Origin: Octopus bimaculoides
Taxonomy: Eukaryota
Length of the DNA stretch: 64,000 bases
Direction of reading: 5' to 3'
Assembly: GCF_001194135.2 (NCBI RefSeq)
Contig: NC_068982.1
Span: forward strand, 161,540,799 to 161,604,798
In this document: one piece after another, positions 37,601 through 47,401 of the stretch
How positions within the stretch are numbered: position 1 is the first letter of the stretch
Layout: every line of letters starts with the position of its first letter
Made by a program: the position numbers and the translations under genes
Notes under the pieces: generated by a model
Seen by the model: the letters and a program-made list of their open reading frames with translations, nothing else
The model's database searches: none
Told to the model about the DNA's origin: nothing

Positions 37601-39080
37601 TTAAATTGAGACGTGTGAAAGTTTTTAATTTAAATCAAAGGTTACAAAAGATGTACAGAATACACCCCTTTCATATTTCTTTTTCTAAGATCTTAGAATT
37701 TCTACTTTTTGCTAACCATGGTATACATTTTTTTTTAATGATTTGATCACAAGAACAAGGGTAGCATCCCTGATTTCATTTCTCAAGGCTTCTGAGACTG
37801 AAATTTCTTCTAAGATCTAAAATTTCGCTTGAATGCTTGCAATGTAGTGCACTTCATTAAAGGCACACGAAAGCCAGGCATTGGTATGAAACTGAGTGAT
37901 GAATTAAATCTATCATGTCAGAGTAAGTACAGTTCATGCATGTCCATATTTGCACATGTCAATGATCTTGGCCGTATTAATTTTCTGAACCTCAAACTCT
38001 GGAGACCTATAAAAAATTACATTTTTAATAAACGAATAGCTACAATATTCCATGAAATTGTTGATTAGTATCTTAAAATAGGTATTTGAATTAGATTTTA
38101 AATTAACTGCTAATGCAATTAACTTCAATTAATTGTTAATGCATTTAATATTTGTTCTTGTTTTTCAAAAAGTAAAGCATTTTTTCAAATTTTGTCAATT
38201 AACAAATAATGGAAAAATTTTTTCAGAGCTGTAAACGAGGATTATACAAGCTTGGTCAACTATGTATTGAAGTGGGTCAGTTGGAATTCATTCGCCACAA
38301 CATGGCTAATAACATTTTTGTAGAAATAGTCTGCCAACAGCCTTTCTTTGAAGTAAACCCAAGTGCTAAGATTGGTAAGTTTACAGATTCCTGTATCTAT
38401 AAATCAAAATATGTAATTATTTTTTTTATAGTTTAGTGAAATCAGAAGCAAAGGTAAATGATAAAATTGATCATCTACTTTCCATGCTGGCATGGGTTGG
38501 GTGGGTTGACAGGAACTGGCCAGGCAGAAGACATCACCATGCTTCACTGTCTGTTTTGGCATGGCTTTTACGGCTGGATGCCTTTCCTAACACTAATCAC
38601 TCTGCAGAGTGGACTGAATGCTTTTTATGTGGCACCAGCACAGGTGAGGTCAGTTTTGGCATGCTTTTACAGTGGAATGCCCTTCCAAACACCAACCACT
38701 TTAGAGTGTAGGCTGGATGTTTTTTTTACTTGGAACCAGTACTGGCAGGGTCACCAAGTAACTTGCAAGACAAAGATTCTTTGAAAGGGGATGTGGCATT
38801 GGAGGTGATCTTGTGCCAGATGAAAGGTTAGAGAGTGACGTTGATTCATTTGACTAAAAATTNNNNNNNNNNNNNNNNNNNNNNNNNNNNNNNNNNNNNN
38901 NNNNNNNNNNNNNNNNNNNNNNNNNNNNNNNNNNNNNNNNNNNNNNNNNNNNNNNNNNNNNNNNNNNNNNNNNATATATATCAGATTGGAGCCTGGTGTA
39001 GCCATCTGGTTTCACCAGTACTCAGTCAAATCGTCCAACCCATGCTAGCATGGAAAGCGGACGTTAAACGAAGATGATGA

Positions 39081-39116
<36 letters not shown>

Positions 39117-42100
39117 ACTAAGATGAATGGTTAATGACAGTTCACTGAATGCTACAAATGTTTCAATAATCTTAGCAATTTATTCACAATATGTATACTA
39201 CATATACTAAAATCAGTGTATTACATATGCTCCAATTACCAGTCATTTCTCAAGTATTTCCGAATCATTGATGATCTGTAAATGGTCGATGATCTTAGCA
39301 TATGTAATACATTGGTTGTGAATAAATTGCATGTTATTGAAACGTTTATAGCATGTAGTGAACTATCATAATCCATTCATCTTCATTTATTATATTTCTT
39401 CATTTATTATATTTTTGTGTGTCTTGTGTAGCTAATGTTGTTATAGGGATTGGAGTTGTGAAATACCTGATGTCATGAAGCAATAGTCTGTCTGTCTGTC
39501 TGTCTGTCTGTATGCCTGCCTGTCTGCCTGCCTGCCTGTCTGTCTGTCTGTCTGTCTGTCTATCTGTCTAACAACACTGATATTATATATAAATAGTCCC
39601 AGTATAAAATGGGATAAATCTCCAGCTACTCTTATCTCAGATACCTAGAATTTTATTAATTACAAATGCTAATGTTATGTTCTATTTTCAGGTGAGCTGA
39701 TATCTGGTATAAAGCAAGATGTGGAATTAACTTTAAATACCTGTAGTATTCCTGTAACTGAAGGTAGTATTTTGAGTGTGAATACATCCTCAGGTCTATC
39801 AGCATTTTACAACGATGAGAGTGATGTGAAAATTCCCCTAGAAGCTGTCTCAGTAAATAGTAGTGTCACAATGAACTTACAACTCCAGCATATTCTTACC
39901 AAGGACCCTGCTGAAGCAACTGTAAGTTCTGATTTATACAAAGCTTCTTTCAGTTTGGTTACCACATTAATAAATCAGTCATATTTGTTTTGAGCTGTTA
40001 TCAAGTTGTTGTTTTGTCCCTTGTTAGCATTAATCAGATATATCTATGACCCAACATGATCATACCAGGCTTTTTGTCTACTGTGTTTCTCCTTCTTCAA
40101 GACTGTATGTTGCTATTGGAAGATGATTTAACTCCTTTTTGATTCAGTGTCATCAAGTTGTTTAGATGCTTACTGTTGTTAAACATTGACTAACAGATGA
40201 TACAGTTGTTAAACATCGAATAACTAATTTTACTGGAAGAGTAGTGTTATTAAATGACTACTTGGTCAGGGAACAGGTGTGAAACTCCAGATAACCAGCA
40301 GTGCAAGATACTGTAGCTTAACCATGAATAACTTGTAGTGCAAAGTACTGTTGTTAAACTGTGAATAATCAATGGTATAATTTACTGTTGATGACATGGG
40401 TTAACTAGTGGTTACAAGGCACTGTTATTGAATCTTGAATAACAGCAGTACAAAATAATGTTTTTTAATGTGATACATAGGGTACTGTTATTAAATCCTG
40501 ACTAAACAGTAGTATAGGGTATTGCTGTTAAACACTGAATAACTAGTGATATGATATACTATTGTTAAACTCTGAACAACCAAGGATACAGTGTACTGTT
40601 GTTAAATCTTGAGTACAATATCACTGTCCACCTAGTGAACTGAAGTGATTCAACTCTTACATCATACTTTAAAATGTTTTTACATGTAGATTACAGTCTA
40701 TTCATTGGTTACATTCCTACTCTCCTGTTTACCTAGCTAACTGTTCATCTACTCAGTTTATTATAAACTTGTCTACTCATCCACATACTGACCAATATTA
40801 GAATTGACATGAGATAAACAGATCACCAGGAAGGTCATTCTAACATTTTGGCAGAAAGTCTTCGTTGTTTTTAGAGTTGTCTAATTACAGCCAGTCCATT
40901 GGTCAAAAGCTCTTTTGTCTAAATAATAACTCATTAGTCAAAAATTCAAAGCAAGTGACAAATTTTATCATAATACAAAGGTAGTAACTAGTATATTATC
41001 ATATACTCATTTCACATTTTGATATGTCTCTATCTTAATTTCCAGTTAACATTTGAAAGTTCATTCTTGCACTACCCCATTAGCTGCCATGTGACATTCT
41101 ATCCACCTTTGCAGTTTTCTCATAAAGTCTTCTCCTGTCAAGAGAGGTAAGCAAGCTTTGATTTCTGACGAACCCAGAGTAACTGATAGAACTGTTATTG
41201 CTTTCTTTGTGGAGTGTGATTATGGATGACATAGACCTTTGTGATACAGTTGACAGTACTGATGATGATGATAATGATGGCATTTATGGTGGTGGGAGTG
41301 GCAGCTAGATGGGGCACAATTTTCAGTGCCTCAAATTTTCCCATGTTTTCTTTTGTCTTTCTGGCTTTCAGGGTCAGTAAAATAAGTACCTGAAAGGTAC
41401 TGGAGTTTATTCCCTTTATGAAATGCCCAAACTCCTTCATCACCATTACAGCAACATGACTACCACCTTATAAATTGGTCATGTGACCAGCCAATAATTT
41501 ATTTTGATGAGAGTGAGAATGGTGATGCTTATGGTAATGATGATGATGATTATGATAAGAGGGAGGATGTTGATGGTAATAATGAGGTGGAGTTGTAGTA
41601 TCTGTGTCCATAAGAACTATATACACTTCCAATGAATATAAACATATAGGGATCAGCAGGAGTTGCTTCACCAACATACTGAAAATTTAGATCCCTATAT
41701 GTTTATAATTATAAATGGTTTACTGATAAAGGTTTTTTTCCATACTGAACTACTTGGCAAAATTGTTAATTATTAATTTTATTAATTAGTTGGCAATTAC
41801 CTGCCCTATATATCTACACTTCCAATGAATTTAGTTCATAGATCTTTTGATCTGAAACTCAATTTATTTCACATTCACACGACTTACATTGCCATTAACT
41901 TGGAGTGGTATAAACCACCACCATGTCTTGCCATATTCCCCAAAAGCCCTAGCTTTCTTGCCTATATGGAGTTATCAGTAAGAATGTATACCAATATCTT
42001 CTTCACAGCACATTGAAAAGTGCAACAATAAAGCAAAATAGCTCCTTTGTGATCACTTGGCCTACTAGAAATTGTACCCAGATCTTTAAAGTGTAACTTC

Positions 42101-42964
42101 CCATCTGAAATAAAAAAAGCTTCATGGGAAAATGTAGTCTCTGATATACAAAATGATGTGATGATAATAACACTTTTAATCATTGCTTGATCAAAGCTGA
42201 CTAAGAGCTAAACAGCCACAACAACAATTATGGTACAATGTATCTGAAATATATACACTCTCATATAGACTGGTTGGAGGAGTTAGAAGGCTGACCTTCC
42301 TATGCAGCTCTTCGCTACAAGTAGAAGCTGGTGTCAGTGAGGCAATTTTGGACAAGTAGGTAAGGCTTATGATTTCAAGTGTAGCTGTGTGTTTAAGAAG
42401 TTTGCTTCACAACTATGTGGTTTGAGGTTCAATCTCACTGTGTAGCACCTTGAATATTTGTTACATGAATATTGTAGAGACTGTTGATGCGACAGATTCT
42501 GTTTTTAAGTGATAGACTTTATGTATTGCCCATTTTAACATAACTACCTAGCCCTTGTTTGACTTTAGCAGAGACCACTCTGTTCTGATCAAACCATAGG
42601 AAAATAATAACCAAACAAAACAGAAGAATTATATGCCTTGCTCATAAGTGTAGCACAGTATATCAGTAAGATTTGAACATGTTCTATGTGCTATGTAGTA
42701 CCACACATCCAAATGCTGTGACATAAAGTCATAGTATTTGGGCATTCTTTAAAATGAAATATGTTAAAATGATAGCATTTTGTAACATTAATTTAATAGG
42801 GATGGATACACACACACACACACACTTGAATATAGACATATACACACAAGCTATACTTGCATATATCTATATATATATATATNNNNNNNNNNNNNNNNNN
42901 NNNNNNNNNNNNNNNNNNNNNNNNNNNNNNNNNNNNNNNNNNNNNNNNNNNNNNNNNNNNNNNN

Positions 42965-43010
<46 letters not shown>

Positions 43011-46000
43011 CTTGTGTGGTGCCTCATTGAAAGCACCCAGCACACACTGTAAAGTGGTTGGCATAAAAACCAAACCAAACCAGACTGGAACCTAGTGCAG
43101 CTCTCTAGCTTGCCAGCTCCAGTCAAACTGTCCAACCCATGCCAGGAAAACAGATGTTAAAGGATGATGATGACGATGCATACACATATTCACTTAAACA
43201 AATGCACACTTGAACACACATGAGCCATTAAGAAAGCACATGATTTGTCAACCTGCTGAAAATAGCAGCCAAATCTCAAATCACATCTTACCAATTTAGA
43301 AAAAAGAAAATGTACATTGGATAGTGTAGTCGTGGATATGCTATATTTTAACTAGTTTTTGGAATGCTTTTGATCATAGGTCTGTCCAGTGAGGGATAAC
43401 CTGGGAATAAACAATCACATATATGCATGGAAACATTTACATATGTACATGTTGACTTATGGTTACATATATATTAATAAATATACATCTGTTTTTGCAG
43501 GAAATATATACAGGTTGAAGTAAAAGGTAACCACCAAACTCCGTTTTCTTTAACCAAACCTCATTTGAAGACTGTTGATAACAATGATGTGGATTTTACA
43601 TATCTTGGACATTTTGATAAATGGCAGGTTAGTCTTGTTCCTTCCATACATCATAGCTAGTAATATGCTTACTTTATATTGTAGTTGTCTTGTGTCTACT
43701 TTACATCATAATTTGAAATTAATGTGTCTTTCATTCTGGTAAGGTACACTTATTACTGTACATCCTTGTCTTATATATTCCTTACATCATTATTATGTGC
43801 CTAACTCACATTTATGTACCTACATTACACCATAGTTATATGTCTACCTTGTACCATACTTATATGTCTACCTTTCAGCGTACAATGTTTATGTGCCTTA
43901 TCCAATGTTTTAACAAGAACAGATTTTGAAATCATATTTAAACTAACGATCATGTGGTCTGTAGTAGTCTAGTATGTTAACCTTAAAGACATTGTATCCA
44001 CTTTTACTGTTATTTTGTTTAATATTTTCTGATTGTTTCAAATATCAATAAAGTGTTTTAATCTTCAGATATTTAATCTATGTTGATTGCATACATTATG
44101 ATACAGTGATAGTTGAAAATATATACTAATTAACCATATCTGATGTATACTAGCTAAATAAAATATAAATGGTGGTGCCCCAGCATGGCCACAGCTCATG
44201 AGCTGAAACTAGATAAAATGAAAATGAAAAATGAAATGTAATATTGTAAGTGCTTAAAATATATGTAGTATACCATGTACAACATTGATGATGGTATTAT
44301 GATGTTCAGTAAATAAATAAGCAAAATTGTGATAAAAGAAAAGTAAAGGAAGTTAATGCATTATATTGCTGAGAAAATTGTGAGGAATGAATGCCTTGAG
44401 TAAAAAACCTTTTGTTAAGATAAAGAAGGAATAATAGGATTAGAGAAAGCTGAGTATATATTTTCTAATCAAAATTAAATTGTCTCTAATAAAATCCATC
44501 ATAAATTCTATATGGCACTAACAAAATATGAACCTTTCTACTTGAAATCTAGGAAGTTCATAATGACCAGTCTATATGTTATATGTGGCAACTTCGAAGT
44601 AATGCTGTCCCAGGACCATCCTCTCTTGACCTTATTTTTTCTGTCACCTACCGATCATCTATGGATGAAGACAGCTTATGTAGATTATCTGTATACAACA
44701 TCCATTTAGAAAATATACAGGTAAGTTCTACAAGCATTTTTTATTGTTGTTAAAGTTAGGATAGTTTCCTCTGTATTTTCAGGCCATTCTCACTAGCAAA
44801 GTTAGTGTAGTTGCTGTTTAACTTGATTTTTATGTAATCTGATGTTTTAGGGGGAAATGTTGGCTTGGAGAATGCTCCAGGGGATTTCCAATCTGAGTTG
44901 GAAGGATTGTGAAAAATCTTTAGTGGAAAATTTGGTGGACGAGGGATGAAGATGGGTAGTGAGGCTGGTGCATCTGGTAGGTTTGGGTAATGATGGTGGT
45001 GGTGATAGACAGCTAGCTAGTTCAGAGGATTAGAATCTGTTTTAATAGTGGTAGAAGAGAGGGGCAAATGATGGGGGGAACATACTATGGGGCAGAAGTT
45101 GTTGTATGGTGAGGATTGTATCATTACAACTCAGTCAGATGGTCTTCAAAAGGTTGTGGTCTAAGATACTTTAGCAGGTGTAGTAGCAACACCAGACTAC
45201 ATACATGAGTAGCATTCAAATCTGGATCATTTTATGTTATAAAAGAATCTGTTATCATTATTGTCATAACATCTATTTTCTAAATTGGCATAGATTAAAT
45301 AGGTCTATAATATATCACTTGTTCTTGTGTCATCACATCTATGGGACTCAGCATTATTATATCACCAATACTTTTGATCCTGTATCATCCCATTTGTGAG
45401 GCTTAATCTCACACCTCTTGACCATTTCTCATCTCATGTGAGATTTAACATTTACATGTGTGACCTCAAATTAAAGAAATGAAATTCTGAGATATATTAA
45501 TTTTCTGCAATCCAATGAGAAATAAACTTTTGTCTAAAGAATCATTTAAGTAATCGCATCTACTTTTCTTTTTACTTTCAGACACTGTATATGATAACAT
45601 CTAATATAATCCCTGGGAACGATAATAAAACTTGTAAAGTTGGAAATGTGTGTCATTTAGACTTTAGTGTGATCAACATTGACACAAGTAATACGTCATC
45701 AGAAAGTCAATTACTCTATGAAGTTGTTGTTGACCACTTGATGTGGGCAGTGTGTGGAAGAGTTACAGGTAAACATTTCATTTCTTTGCTTTGTCAACTT
45801 GCTGTTTCGCTTCAAATCAAACTTCCTATCACAACATTTTATTTCAAATCTTAGCATTAAGGGCATCCAGCCGTAGAAACCACACCAGATCAGATTGGAA
45901 CCTGGTGCAGCTTCCTAGCTTACCAATTTTCAGTCAAAACATCCAACCCATGCCAGCATGGAAAATAGATGTTAAATGATGATGATGATCCACAGCATTG

Positions 46001-47368
46001 CAAAACATATTTTGAAGCATTTCAGTAGTTACCTCCTGCACTACTAACTGAAAGCATTCATTAAGTTCAGCTTAAATATTGCTCCATCATGGGGATCGAG
46101 GTTGAGAAAATGATTGCAACCAAATTGAAAAAAAGGTGCTGTAAGCAGGATCCAACAGGAATGAAAATAAAATTATTAAAAAAACTATAAAAATTTATAC
46201 ACTTTTAATACATATTAAACATGGTAAACNNNNNNNNNNNNNNNNNNNNNNNNNNNNNNNNNNNNNNNNNNNNNNNNNNNNNNNNNNNNNNNNNNNNNNN
46301 NNNNNNNNNNNNNNNNNNNNNNNNNNNNNNNNNNNNNNNNNNNNNNNNNNNNNNNNNNNNNNNNNNNNNNNNNNNNNNNNNNNNNNCAGGTAAAAACTCA
46401 AATTTTTCTATATGTGACAGTGGATTTTCATCGATGAGTTCATGAACCTTGGTTCTTTTCCCTAAAACTATATATATATATATATATACTGGAGTGAGCA
46501 CATAAATGTGAAACAAGGTGGAAAAAAAGAGTACTCAAATACTAGAGGTAGAGTAATATGCTTTATTTAAAAGCAGCAGAAATATCACAGAAACTGTTAC
46601 TCAGAGTAAAGTATGGTGACTGAAGGAGGATAAAATTAAGTACAGCATAACCTGGTCCATAGTAAGGCATGTGAAACCATACAATATAATTTCCAGGAGA
46701 TGCTGTCTCTGCTCCGAGGAATCCCTGTCTATACTGTGGACAAATGAGAAGATCATTAATAGAATTTGTGAAAGACTCTCGAGATGCCTACACACGTATA
46801 AATGTACTTTCACACAATGCAGTGGTAATGAATTTGAGTAACTGTTAACATAATTTACTTTAAGGTATGGATGAATTAGGTTTAGTTTTAACCTCCTCAC
46901 TCTTATAAACACCAAATAGATATTTAACTCACTTTGTGATCATGAATGCACCAAACCACACGTGTGTATGCTTACATTTTCATGGATGCTTGTGTGAGCG
47001 AGTGTACATGCGCCATGCAGCTTACGAGAGGGCATTTATACATCCATATTTGTTAACAGTTATTTTCAATACTTTTCTCACTGTATTGCATGTTCATTTC
47101 TTTTTTGCATCTGTGATTTTATTTTGGATCTTCTATGTAAATGAAGATATTTCCTGCATTTTGCTGATTTTCTTTCTATGAAATGAGAAGATACATTGCA
47201 GAACTGTTATTTTAATGAGTTGTGTCTATTTATCACCCAATGAGACACATCTGCACTGCCAGATGCTCCTGAACCAGTTGTTGAGTTTCTCACCTGTTAA
47301 GGATCAATGCTAGATGTGTTGAAACAATTGTCATGATTAATAATAAATTCTCGTGTATNNNNNNNNNN

Positions 47369-47401
<33 letters not shown>

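Noticed and set aside
46420-46610. Hammerhead-like remnants (cgatgag...gaaccttggttc; gttactcagag) in a Penelope-like fragment; similar traces near 640-660 and 2310-2330
   Set aside because: Core nucleotides are missing or truncated and no complete three-stem fold is possible.
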